From Azolla caroliniana (lineage: Eukaryota; Plantae; Polypodiophyta): a stretch of DNA of 64,000 nucleotides. A program made the translations under genes and the position numbers. Location: contig JBHGNT010000007.1 of NCBI GenBank assembly GCA_043228905.1, positions 14,756,001 to 14,820,000 of the forward strand, read 5' to 3'. The notes below the pieces were generated by a model. It saw only the letters and a program-made list of their open reading frames with translations, was not told where the DNA came from and ran no database searches. This document shows positions 48,444 to 60,356 of this stretch, in pieces (within the stretch, counting starts at the first letter, position 1; the number at the start of each line of letters is the position of its first letter).

Positions 48444-51400
48444 TGTCAGGAACAATACTACGATAGAGAAGGAATTAGTACTAAAAGAAGTATTAGTACT
48501 AAGAGAGGTGAAGAACTCTCGAGAGAAGGAAAGAGTGAGTGAGAGGGAGGGACAGAGAGATCGATCGATCGAGAGAGTGTGATGATAAGAAAAGATATAT
48601 ATTATGTGAAGAAAATGTACAGTAGCTAGGAGGCTTAAGACTGGCGTTGAATCGATTTGGTTCGAAATAATGCCTTGTGCCTCCTTTTATAGTGTTCTAA
48701 AGAATACTCCTGAAGTTTCAAGAATGTTCCAGAGAAATCTGGAATATCCATCAATTTTCTATAATAAAACATAAATGAAAATAATATTTTATGTATTACA
48801 ATGTATAGTCTAATGGTCGAGAGCTCGACCCATGTAGTATAAGGTCATGGGTTCGCGTCTTTCCATATCATGACACTATCCCCCTTTTAAAACGACGAGT
48901 GTAACGAGTCGTTTTGGATTGAGGACTCGGTTTGTCTGGATATTGACGATGGAAGTATTCAAGAGGAGCACGAGCATTGGTGACATTCTCTATCGGTTCC
49001 CAAGTACGCTCGTTGGGACTATATCCTAGCCAGTCAACTAGATAGTAGAGCTTGTTGCGAACAAGCTTGGAATCAAGGATGGCGGCAACCTCGTACTCAG
49101 GTCCATCTTCAAGCTCGATCGGGGGTGGAGGCTGTGTAATACGTCCTGGAATGGTGCTTTCTTGATAGGGTTCGAGGAGAGAACTATGAAACACCGGATG
49201 TATCCGAAGTTGTGGAGGTAGATCAAGACAAAAAGCGACATCATTAATCTTTCCGATAATACGGAAAGGACCTAATCGCCGATAATCCAACTTCTCGCAT
49301 GGGCGAGTAGTCTTGATGTGTCATCGGAGTAGCCATACCCAATCTCCAATGTTAAAACTAGATGGGAGTCGATGACGATCCGCATAAACCTTGTGTGTTT
49401 GTTGAGCTTGTTGGAGATGAGTAGATAAATCCGCTTGTATCTTGCGTAACCTCTCCAAACGATCCTTTGCGCAAGGATTTGTGGACACCTCTGGGTTTCA
49501 AGTACACACCACCGGGGGTGACATCCCGTATAAGCATAAAATGGCGTAACTTTCGTGGATGCATGGATAGAGTTGTTATACGCAAATTCGGCGAAGTGGA
49601 GAATATCTGCCTAGTCATCCTGATGATAGCTGAGAAAGCACCGCAGATACTGCTCCAGCATTTGATTGGTTCGTTCGGCTTGGCCGTCGGTTTGTGGGTG
49701 GTAGCCGGAGGAGAGGTTACAAGTGACCTTGAGCATGTTAAAAAGGTGCTTCCAGAATTTTGACACGAACTGGAGTCCACGGTCGCTGATGACACTATCG
49801 AGAAGTTCATGATGCCGACATACTTCACGCATGACAATTTCGGCAATGTCTTCACTGGAGATCTCCTTAGTACATGGCAAGAAATGAGCCATCTTCGTAT
49901 ATCGATCGACCACCGTTAGAATCGCATTGAACCCCTTAGAGACTGGAAGATCAGTGATGAAGTCTAGAGCAATGGATTGCCACGGCTTGCTTGGAATTGG
50001 TAATGGTTCTAATAAACCATATGGATGATGCCTTGGCATTTTCGCTCTGCAACATGTATCACAAGTCCGAACAAAATCCTTGACAAATTGTCACATACAG
50101 GGCCACCAGAATGATCGTTGTACTAAATGTAGTGTTTTAGTACTACCAAAATGCCCTACTGTATATGTGTCATGATAGTTTTGTACTACTTGAAGGCGGC
50201 AAGAACCATTAGGAACATACAAAAGTTCTTTAAAGAAGAGTAATCCATCATGGTATTTGAATTGCCGATAGTCCGTACCTGGTGGTTGCGACTGTGAACA
50301 CGACGTTCGAGAGGGATCAATTTGTGCTAGTATAGCTTGGGCGAACGCATCTGTCTTCAAGTCTTCGCGTATGGTATCGATAACGTGGGAATCCATCGGC
50401 ATGTCAAAGATCCATGGGCCGGTCCCAAGATGACTTGTTTTTGGTTATCGAAAGCTGGCTCGCCGGGACGGGGTGCTAGGTACGAACGCCGTTGTCGTGC
50501 CTTTCGGCTCCGGATCGTTGCGTGAGTCGGGTGGGAACCGCCGAGGTTTTGGACTAGGAGAAAGAAGAATATGAGATGAGGCTAGTAATGAATATATTAT
50601 TAGAAAGATATAAGAAACTTGTGAATCCCACAAGTATAGATTATATTATTTTCGTGAATCCCACGATTATATTAATCGGTTGGTGTTTTCGGAAATATAT
50701 CCAATTTCCAAATATTTCACACACAATTACATTGTGCTCCTCATCCTTATATAGAGATGAGAGAGTCTTTTGCAACCCATGCTTTTTCTCTAACTATAGA
50801 CCCCATGCTTTTCCTATAGATAGACTATATGCTTTATCTAAAGTGATCATGTTTTTTTTCTAACTTGTGCGTTTTTTATCATGCACGCTAGATGTGTATG
50901 TGTAGCTTTTTCTTTTGTTATGCGTTTTTCTAATGTTTATCCTAGCGTGAATTTACCTTTCTATGTGGGACATCTATGCTTTAACACTAATGAAATGCTA
51001 GTGTAATGGTAAGACATTACATTATTAACATGGAGGTGCAAGGTTCGAATCTTGCCCTATGCATGTTTCATTTATTTTGCTATTTTCTTCTATTTCTTCA
51101 TTTTTTATTGAATCTAATACTATATACGTTTTTCACGTAGTGTACAAAATACACTACGACACCGTGAAGTCGAAACGCGTGAGGAAGTGGGCCCACCGAG
51201 CTTGACGTCGATTCAACACACGAGCATCCTGAAAGTAGGCAAGGTTCTTGTGGTCACTAAATACGGTGACCGGATGAGAGGATCCCTCCAGAAAATGCCT
51301 CCATTGCATAAAAGAATCCACTATTGCCAATAGCTCCTTATCATGAATTTCGTAGTTGATTTCAGCGGCGTCAAACTTGCGTGAGTGAAAAGCCATAGGA

Positions 51401-53028
51401 TGTAGCTTCTCATCATTCCCCTGTTGTGACAGAATGCTCCCCAATGCAAAATCCGATGCGTCAATTCGATAATAAATGCTTTTTCCGGATCGACATGAGC
51501 TAGAATTGGAGCCGATGTAAATGCCTTTTTAAGACTCTCGAAAGCCACGTCCGTTTCTTCAGACCAAATGAACAGTTGTCCCTTCCTGGTAAGTTGTGTG
51601 AGAGGTAGAACGATCTTTGAGTAATCTTATATGAACTTCCGGTAAAAATTGGCAAAGCCTAGGAAGCATTGCACATCCCGCACCGAACGTGGAGTCTGCC
51701 ATTCTACCACCGTTTTGACCTTAGCTGGGTCCATGGAGATGCCTTCTGACGAAATGATGTAGCCAAGAAATTCCACTTGGTTGCACTCGAAACTACATTT
51801 TTCCAGCTTTGCATACAGACCATGTTCTCGAAGTCGTTTTAGTACTAATAGTACATGAGAATCATGTTCTTCTTGGGTCTTTGAATAAACCAGTAGATCA
51901 TCCAAATAGATGATCAAACAATCATCCAATAGATCTCGGAATATATCATTAGCCATGTGCTGGAAGACTGCCGGTGCATTAGTGAGGCCGAACGGCATGA
52001 CCGTATACTCGAAGTGCCCATATCTGGTGCGAAACGTCGTCTTCCATTCGTCTCCTGGTCGGATCCGTACGAGGTTATATGCTCCCCGTAAGTCGATCTT
52101 CGTGAAGAACCTGGCACCATTGATCCGTTCTAAAAGACTTGAGATAAGGGGAAGAGCATACCTATTCCTGATTGTAACCTTATTCAGGCCACGGTAATCT
52201 ACAACAAGACGAAGCGATCCATCCTTTTTCTTGATGAAGAAAATGGGCGCGCCGGTTGGAGATTTCGAATGTCGGATGAAACCATTTTCCAAATTCTCCT
52301 CTATATAGGCCCGAAGGACTTCCAGCTCGGTTGGTGACAAATTGTAGATCGGTCCCCATGGCAGCTCTTTTCCCGGTTGTAAATCGATGGGTCAATTGTA
52401 CGGTCGATGATGAGGAAGTGTGTTGGCTTGTACTTTATCGAACACATCGGCGTAATGACGATACCTCTCGGGAAGTTGAACAGTGGATCCTTCTTTAGTG
52501 GTGTTGGAGGGGTTTACTGATATTGCAAAGAGGAACATTTCCTCCTTGTGCCCTTCTTTACACAACTAACGTAGCGAAATGGTTGCCATCTTCTGAGTTG
52601 ACCCTTGGGTTTGTCGACACTGGATTTCTCTTGTTCTCCAATCTATGTTTGGGTTATGTAACTCGAACCACGGTAATCCTAAAACTATGGGATGTTCTGG
52701 GATACTAACAATATTAAATGATACTATACATGCTAAGTTATCTAGGACAATATTAATGGGCTCTGACTCTTCTATGATATTTCCGGAAGCAATGGGACGT
52801 CCATCAATGACTACTACAAAGGCTGGACACTGGAGTTTTCTTAGGGATATCTTATGAGCTTGAGCAAATTTCTTATCCATAAAGCAAGAGTTAGCTCCGG
52901 AATCTAGGAGTGCTAGGACATGTACTGGAGGGGTACTTTTAGTACTAACTATTACTTGGGCTACGAACACATCACTAACTTGCTTAGAGGGAATGGAACC
53001 ACTAATGGGCTGCACAGATCTAGGGCCG
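48444..53028 (-). mobile_element. Chromovirus (Tcn1-like), decayed; 3' LTR 48444-48875; interrupted by a solo LTR and Copia C
   Basis: LLDSGANSCF protease, [16 protein letters not shown] RNase H, YHPQTDGQAER integrase, chromodomain EYEVAAILDS..YLVDWLGY..TWEP; PPT AAAAGGGGGATAG. Confidence 0.93.
50493..51161 (-). mobile_element. Solo LTR related to G2; 4-bp TSD CCGT
   Basis: First ~47 nt are the exact reverse complement of the G2 LTR end; CCGT at 50489-50492 and 51162-51165. Confidence 0.92.
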
Positions 53029-54047
53029 TGTTGGGAGACAGGTCCCTCCGAATGGGAAGAGAGAAGAACAGTGCCGATGAACAGCCTCGGCCGAAACCGG
53101 ATGAGGAGTACCCGGCTACGGAGAGCCGGATGACGCAGACCCGGTGAGAAACAGATGAGGAGTACCCGGCTACGGAGAGCCGAATGGTGAAGACCCGGTG
53201 AGATCCGGATGAGGAGTACCCGGCTGCGGAGAGCCAGATGGTGCAGACCCGGTGAGATCCGGATGAGGAGTACCCGGCTACGGAGAGCCGGATGGTGTAG
53301 ACCCGGTGAGAACCGGATGAGGAGTACTCGGCTACGGAGAGACGGATGGTGTAGACCCGGTGAGAACTAGATGAGGAGTACCGGGCTACGGAGAGCCGGA
53401 TGGTGCAGACCCGGTGAGAACTGGATGAAGAGACATATTAGTTAATATGTTTCTGAGAGTCCATCGAGGCTATATTTGTAAATAGCCGAAAAGTCATATT
53501 AGTATAAATATGACTTAGGGCAAACTTTTAGTAAAACTATTGTTGTCATTTTCTTGTTGAGGCAAGAAGAAGAGAGAGCACGTTGTCACATTATTACGCG
53601 CGTGCGTGTAGAAGGGCGGGACCACGGGGGTCTTGGACTAGGGAGTGGAGGAGAAAGATTAGCTCAAGAGGAGAAGAGAACGAATATGATATTATGATAG
53701 AAGAAGAAGATGCAATCAAGATACTCAACAAGAAGTTCTATTAAGAAATGAATGATTACAACAAAATGGTGGCCGCCATGGCCGCACCAAATGACTATAT
53801 GAAAAACCCTAAATGAAAACCCAAGAAGAAAACCCTAACCGAACCCTAACGCTCAACCTATGTGGTATACCTCGCACACTCAAAATAGGCAACCCCCACA
53901 ATGGTGCCTTCTCTCTCCTTTTATAGCACAAGGAGGGAAGACCGCTTACAAAGGTGAGACTAAAATATCCCCTTTCATTCAAAGGGGATATTTGCCTTGA
54001 TTTGGGGGAGGGTGAGATTGATGGCCCCTTAACTCCCACCTCCTCAC

Positions 54048-55198
54048 TATTGGGAAACAGGTCCCTCCGGATGGGAAGGAAGAAGAACAATGCCGATGAA
54101 CAAACTCGGCTGAGGCCGATAGCCCGGTATGAAACCGTATGAGGAGTACCCGGCTACGGAGAGCCGGATGGTGCAGGCCCGGTATGAACCGGATGAGGAG
54201 TACCCGGCTACGGAGAGCCGGATGGTGCAGGCCCGGTATGAACCGGATGAGGAGTACCCGGCTACGGAGAGCCGGATGGTGCAGGCCCGGTATGAACCGG
54301 ATGAGGAGTACCCGGCTACGGAGAGCCGGATGGTGCAGGCCCGGTATGAAACCGTATGAGGAGTACCCGGCTACGGAGAGCCGGATGGTGCAGGCCCGGT
54401 ATGAACCGGATGAGGAGTACCCGGCTACGGAGAGCCGGATGGTGCAGGCCCGGTATGAACCGGATGAGGAGTACCCGGCTACGGAGAGCCAGATGGTGCA
54501 GGCCCGGTATGAACCGGATGAGGAGTACCCGGCTACGGAGAGCCGGATGGTCCAGGCCCGGTATGAACCGGATGAGGAGTACCCGGCTACGGAGAGCCGG
54601 ATGGTGCAGGCCCGGTATGAACCGGATGAGGAGTACTCGGCTACGGAGAGCTGGATGGTGCAGGCCCGGTATGAACCGGATGAGGAGTACCCGGCTACGG
54701 AGAGCCGGATGGTACAGACCCGGTGAGAACCAGATGAAGAGACATATTCGTAAATATGTTTCTGAGAGCCCATCGAGGATATATTTGTAAATAGCCGAAA
54801 AGTCATATTAGTATAAATATGACTTAGGGCAAACCAATTGTTGTTGTTGTTGTCATTTTTTTTTTCTTTGTTGGTGCAAGAAGAAGAGAGAGCACGTAAT
54901 AGTGTACAGAGAGAGAGAGAGAGAAAGAGGTCGTTGCCTCTGTTGTAACCGCCGCCTGTGGCGAAGATCTGTGAGCACGAGGTCGTTGCCTCAGTGAACT
55001 CACTGTTGTACATTCCCACATAGTGACAATTTGCAGCCTGTGGGCTGCCGTGGTTTTTCCCTCCTTGGGTTTTCCACGTAAACCTCCTGTGTACCTTCCT
55101 CTCCTTTGAGTTGTGTTTTTCGTTTCCTGTTTTCTGTGTATGAAAAGAATCTCGGTTGTGGCCGAGCTTTGTGCATAAGGAGCGTTGAGTTCCTGTCA
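54048..55198 (+). mobile_element. Copia C-family solo LTR with ~11 x 54-bp repeats; TSD CTCAC
   Basis: Homologous to the split Copia C LTR; absent from LTR 62128-62781. Confidence 0.92.
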
Positions 55199-56084
55199 CT
55201 CACAAACAACTAGGTACCTATGTACCGCATAGTACCTCTCTCTCTCTCTCTCTCGCGTGGATGTGCGTACAACCACATCACCTTTATACCTTTATTACTG
55301 TTACAAATACATTATGTATGTGTGCAACGTTGCACATCGCTCTTTGGCTCTCGTTGCTCGGGTTTCCGCTTGTGGACGAAAATCTTCACGACATCCGCCC
55401 CCACCTAACCGCACATCCTCCGGTGGTGTTTCGCCGCGCCGTCCTTCGTCCCGCGCTTGCCTCTCGAAGGCTTGACCCGACCGTCATCGTCGGTCAATCG
55501 TTGTCGCCCATCCGCCGTATGCATGCTTGTGTCTTGGCCCTCCACCAGCCGTATTGCATGCGTCTCGTGTCGTGCTTCCGCCGTAGACCCGACCTCCGCG
55601 TCGGTCTCCAACCCACCGCTTCTTCGTTCTCCTTTCGATCCGCGACCGCCGATGCCTCTCGGGTAGGTGTGGAGGGTTCCTCCCACTCTCGGTTCATCAC
55701 CGAGTCCTCGTCTCTCAAAGGCTCAATCGGTCCACCGTTTCCGGTCACTCGTTGACGCTCTCTCGGATGCATGCTCGTTCTTGGGCCCTTCACCGACCGT
55801 AGTGCATGCTTCGTGTTACGCCCTTCATCTGCCGTAGACCCGACCTCCGCTTCAGCCACTTCTTCCTTTGTCACCGTAGCCCGTTCCGACCCGAGCTCGC
55901 CATCTTGGACCCGCTCGTCCATTATCTTATACCGGATACCCGCTCCGATAACTTTGTCCGCTTCGGTCTTTTCGCACGTGCCCACTCCGGGCCTCTCATC
56001 CTCACGGCCACCGCCCATCACCCCGGTCTTATGTCCGTGCTCGTGCGCAACCGCCGAAGTCTCCGGCCCCGGTGTCGAGGGATC

Positions 56085-57818
56085 TCACCTCTGTCCGCTA
56101 CAAACCTCCTCTTCGTCATTTCGGTTGCCCGCCTTGCCGCCACCACCGTCCGTCTCTCTAGGTCTCACACCGGCTCTCGGGCCGGTCGCCGGAGTCTCTA
56201 GGACCGGTGTGTGGAAGGTCGCGGCACCGCCGCTCGTCTCCTCTTCTTCCTCGATTTCGCAAGCCTCGAGTATGCTCGCGAAATCCTCGTAGAACGTTTC
56301 GGGCAACCGCGTCCCGAAACTTTCGCCCACTCTCGAAGTGGCGTCCATTGCTCCGTAGATATCGACCTCTTCCATGGCCGTCCGCTTTCCACAAGTCGAG
56401 AGGGTCGCTCGCTCCGCACCCTCTCCCAGATCGTCGCCGTGGTCGTCCGTCTTGCCGCCGCCACCGTTCATTACCCTAGGTCTCACGCGGGCACTCGGGC
56501 CGTCCGCCGGGGTCTCTTGAACCGGTGCGTGTAAGGTAGCAACGCCGCCGCTCATCGATGCTATGCCCGTAGCCACCTCCATTCGGACATCGTCGTTCGT
56601 GGCTACCCCGCCTCCGTATATGCAAGCATCAATTATGCTTGCCGCCTCCTCTTCCACGGTCTCCTTACCGTTGTCTCGGTTGCCCGCCTTGCCGCCGCCA
56701 CCGTCCGTCACTCTACGTCTCACACCGGCTCTCGGGCCGGTTGCCGGAGTCTCTAGGCCCAGTGTGCGTAAGGTCGCGGCACCGCCGCTTGTCTCCTCCT
56801 CCCTCGATGTTTCGGGCCGCCATGTCCCGAATCCGTAGTTACCGGCCTCCATGGCCGTCCATTCGCCGCAAGACGAGAGAGTCTCTCTTTCCGCACCCTC
56901 TCCCACATCGTCGCCGTCGTGGTCGCCCGCCTTGCCACCGCCACCGCCCGTCACTCTAGGTCTCACACCGGCTCTCGGGCCGGTTGCCGGAGTCTCTAGG
57001 CCCGGTGTGCGTAAGGTCGCGGCACCACCGCTCGTCTTCTCCCCACTCGATGTTTTGGGCCTCCGTGCCCGAACTTCCTCATGTCCGTTCGAATCGGCGA
57101 TCACCGCCTCACCGTCCCCGACCTCATCCTCGGTCGATCTTTCTCCGCATGTCGAGAGGGTGGCTCGCTCCGCACCCTCTCCCGTGGTACCGATGTACCA
57201 TTCTCTTTCGGCCTCCTCATCCTTCGATCGCCTCCGGCCCGACTCCATAATAAGCCCTTCTTCAGCTTCAATTTTCCCCTTCACAAGCTCGCATGCCTCC
57301 CGTATTAGCGCTTCTAGGTCGAGCTCCTCCGAACCGTTTTGCGTTGAGCTCTCTTCCGGCAGTAGTGCATACCCACTCACCGCTCTCTCTTCTCCACTGC
57401 TCGCGGGCCGTGTTGTGGCCGACCGCCTCGCATCATGTTGCCGGCAAACCCACCGATCGAACTCATGTCGACCTCTTCCTTCCGGTTCCGTGTACCTGTA
57501 CGCCTCCAATAGGGCTCCCTCAAAGGACACCCACGACTCATGAGCTTCTCGTAGCTCCTTGACTTCCTTTTGCACCGATACGGCCGCCACGCGAGGAAAA
57601 TACTCTAGCCGCATCGCCTTGTCTACGCCCCCTTTCACCATCTCGGCCTTGTAGGCTCCCAAAAATTTTGGGACCTCATTCCCATTGAACCGGCTGACTC
57701 GATCGACCACCCTTTCGACGGCTTGTTGAGCCGCATCTCGCTTCACCATCTTCCGTCCGGCTTCCATCACGATTTTTTCCATCATCTCCTCGAAGTCGAA
57801 GTCTTCTTCCATCTCCAT
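56085..57818 (-). CDS. Truncated Gag fused to a Gly/Thr/Arg-rich repeat domain (577 aa), copy 1
   Basis: VERVVDRVSRFNGNEVPKFLGAYKAEM matches G2 Gag VERLVQRNGQFNGKDVSRYLQDYKAEM; ATG 16 nt after PBS. Confidence 0.8.
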   Translation of the reverse strand: MEMEEDFDFEEMMEKIVMEAGRKMVKRDAAQQAVERVVDRVSRFNGNEVPKFLGAYKAEMVKGGVDKAMRLEYFPRVAAVSVQKEVKELREAHESWVSFEGALLEAYRYTEPEGRGRHEFDRWVCRQHDARRSATTRPASSGEERAVSGYALLPEESSTQNGSEELDLEALIREACELVKGKIEAEEGLIMESGRRRSKDEEAEREWYIGTTGEGAERATLSTCGERSTEDEVGDGEAVIADSNGHEEVRARRPKTSSGEKTSGGAATLRTPGLETPATGPRAGVRPRVTGGGGGKAGDHDGDDVGEGAERETLSSCGEWTAMEAGNYGFGTWRPETSREEETSGGAATLRTLGLETPATGPRAGVRRRVTDGGGGKAGNRDNGKETVEEEAASIIDACIYGGGVATNDDVRMEVATGIASMSGGVATLHAPVQETPADGPSARVRPRVMNGGGGKTDDHGDDLGEGAERATLSTCGKRTAMEEVDIYGAMDATSRVGESFGTRLPETFYEDFASILEACEIEEEEETSGGAATFHTPVLETPATGPRAGVRPRETDGGGGKAGNRNDEEEVCSGQR

Positions 57819-58319
57819 GCTCCCTTGCCGCCCTTCACGTCGGGTTCACCAAATATGTCACGTTATTACGCGCGTGCGTGTAGAAGGGCGGGACCACGGG
57901 GGTCTTGGACTAGGGAGTGGAGGAGAAAGATTAGCTCAAGAGGAGAAGAGAACGAATATGATATTATGATAGAAGAAGAAGATGCAATCAAGATACTCAA
58001 CAAGAAGTTCTATTAAGAAATGAATGATTACAACAAAATGGTGGCCGCCGTGGCCGCACCAAACGACTATATGAAAAACCCTAAATGAAAACCCAAGAAG
58101 AAAACCCTAACCGAACCCTAACGCTCGACCTATGTGGTATACCTCGTACACTCAAAATAGGCAACCCCCACAATGGTGCCTTCTCTCTCCTTTTATAGCA
58201 CAAGGAGGGAAGACCGCTTACAAAGGTGAGACTAAAATATCCCCTTTCATTCAAAGGGGATATTTGCCTTGATTTGGGGGAGGGTGAGATTGATGGCCCC
58301 TTAACTCCCACCTCCTCAC

Positions 58320-59470
58320 TATTGGGAAACAGGTCCCTCCGGATGGGAAGGAAGAAGAACAATGCCGATGAACAAACTCGGCTGAGGCCGATAGCCCGGT
58401 ATGAAACCGTATGAGGAGTACCCGGCTACGGAGAGCCGGATGGTGCAGGCCCGGTATGAACCGGATGAGGAGTACCCGGCTACGCAGAGCCGGATGGTGC
58501 AGGCCCGGTATGAACCGGATGAGGAGTACCCGGCTACGGAGAGCCGGATGGTGCAGGCCCGGTATGAACCGGATGAGGAGTACCCGGCTACGGAGAGCCG
58601 GATGGTGCAGGCCCGGTATGAAACCGTATGAGGAGTACCCGGCTACGGAGAGCCGGATGGTGCAGGCCCGGTATGAACCGGATGAGGAGTACCCGGCTAC
58701 GGAGAGCCGGATGGTGCAGGCCCGGTATGAACCGGATGAGGAGTACCCGGCTACGGAGAGCCAGATGGTGCAGGCCCGGTATGAACCGGATGAGGAGTAC
58801 CCGGCTACGGAGAGCCGGATGGTCCAGGCCCGGTATGAACCGGATGAGGAGTACCCGGCTACGGAGAGCCGGATGGTGCAGGCCCGGTATGAACCGGATG
58901 AGGAGTACTCGGCTACGGAGAGCTGGATGGTGCAGGCCCGGTATGAACCGGATGAGGAGTACCCGGCTACGGAGAGCCGGATGGTACAGACCCGGTGAGA
59001 ACCAGATGAAGAGACATATTCGTAAATATGTTTCTGAGAGCCCATCGAGGATATATTTGTAAATAGCCGAAAAGTCATATTAGTATAAATATGACTTAGG
59101 GCAAACCAATTGTTGTTGTTGTTGTCATTTTTTTTTTCTTTGTTGGTGCAAGAAGAAGAGAGAGCACGTAATAGTGTACAGAGAGAGAGAGAGAGAAAGA
59201 GGTCGTTGCCTCTGTTGTAACCGCCGCCTGTGGCGAAGATCTGTGAGCACGAGGTCGTTGCCTCAGTGAACTCACTGTTGTACATTCCCACATAGTGACA
59301 ATTTGCAGCCTGTGGGCTGCCGTGGTTTTTCCCTCCTTGGGTTTTCCACGTAAACCTCCTGTGTACCTTCCTCTCCTTTGAGTTGTGTTTTTCGTTTCCT
59401 GTTTTCTGTGTATGAAAAGAATCTCGGTTGTGGCCGAGCTTTGTGCATAAGGAGCGTTGAGTTCCTGTCA
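58320..59470 (+). mobile_element. Duplicate of the Copia C-family solo LTR
   Basis: Same junctions, offset 4272 bp. Confidence 0.92.
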
Positions 59471-60356
59471 CTCACAAACAACTAGGTACCTATGTACCGC
59501 ATAGTACCTCTCTCTCTCTCTCTCTCGCGTGGATGTGCGTACAACCACATCACCTTTATACCTTTATTACTGTTACAAATACATTATGTATGTGTGCAAC
59601 GTTGCACATCGCTCTTTGGCTCTCGTTGCTCGGGTTTCCGCTTGTGGACGAAAATCTTCACGACATCCGCCCCCACCTAACCGCACATCCTCCGGTGGTG
59701 TTTCGCCGCGCCGTCCTTCGTCCCGCGCTTGCCTCTCGAAGGCTTGACCCGACCGTCATCGTCGGTCAATCGTTGTCGCCCATCCGCCGTATGCATGCTT
59801 GTGTCTTGGCCCTCCACCGGCCGTATTGCATGCGTCTCGTGTCGTGCTTCCGCCGTAGACCCGACCTCCGCGTCGGTCTCCAACCCACCGCTTCTTCGTT
59901 CTCCTTTCGATCCGCGACCGCCGATGCCTCTCGGGTAGGTGTGGAGGGTTCCTCCCACTCTCGGTTCATCACCGAGTCCTCGCCTCTCAAAGGCTCAATC
60001 GGTCCACCGTTTCCGGTCACTCGTTGACGCTCTCTCGGATGCATGCTCGTTCTTGGGCCCTTCACCGACCGTAGTGCATGCTTCGTGTTACGCCCTTCAT
60101 CTACCGTAGACCCGACCTCCGCTTCAGCCACTTCTTCCTTTGTCACCGTAGCCCGTTCCGACCCGAGCTCGCCATCTTGGACCCGCTCGTCCATTATCTT
60201 ATACCGGATACCCGCTCCGATAACTTTGTCCGCTTCGGTCTTTTCGCACGTGCCCACTCCGGGCCTCTCATCCTCACGGCCACCGCCCATCACCCCGGTC
60301 TTATGTCCGTGCTCGTGCGCAACCGCCGAAGTCTCCGGCCCCGGTGTCGAGGGATC

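Noticed and set aside
50992-51063. Possible tRNA gene
   Set aside because: No convincing acceptor or anticodon stem; reported only as a tRNA-like box module.
54129-54790. Regular repeats resembling a CRISPR array, with repetitive ORFs on both strands
   Set aside because: Head-to-tail 54-bp units with no unique spacers, inside a Copia LTR; frames stay open because 54 is a multiple of 3.
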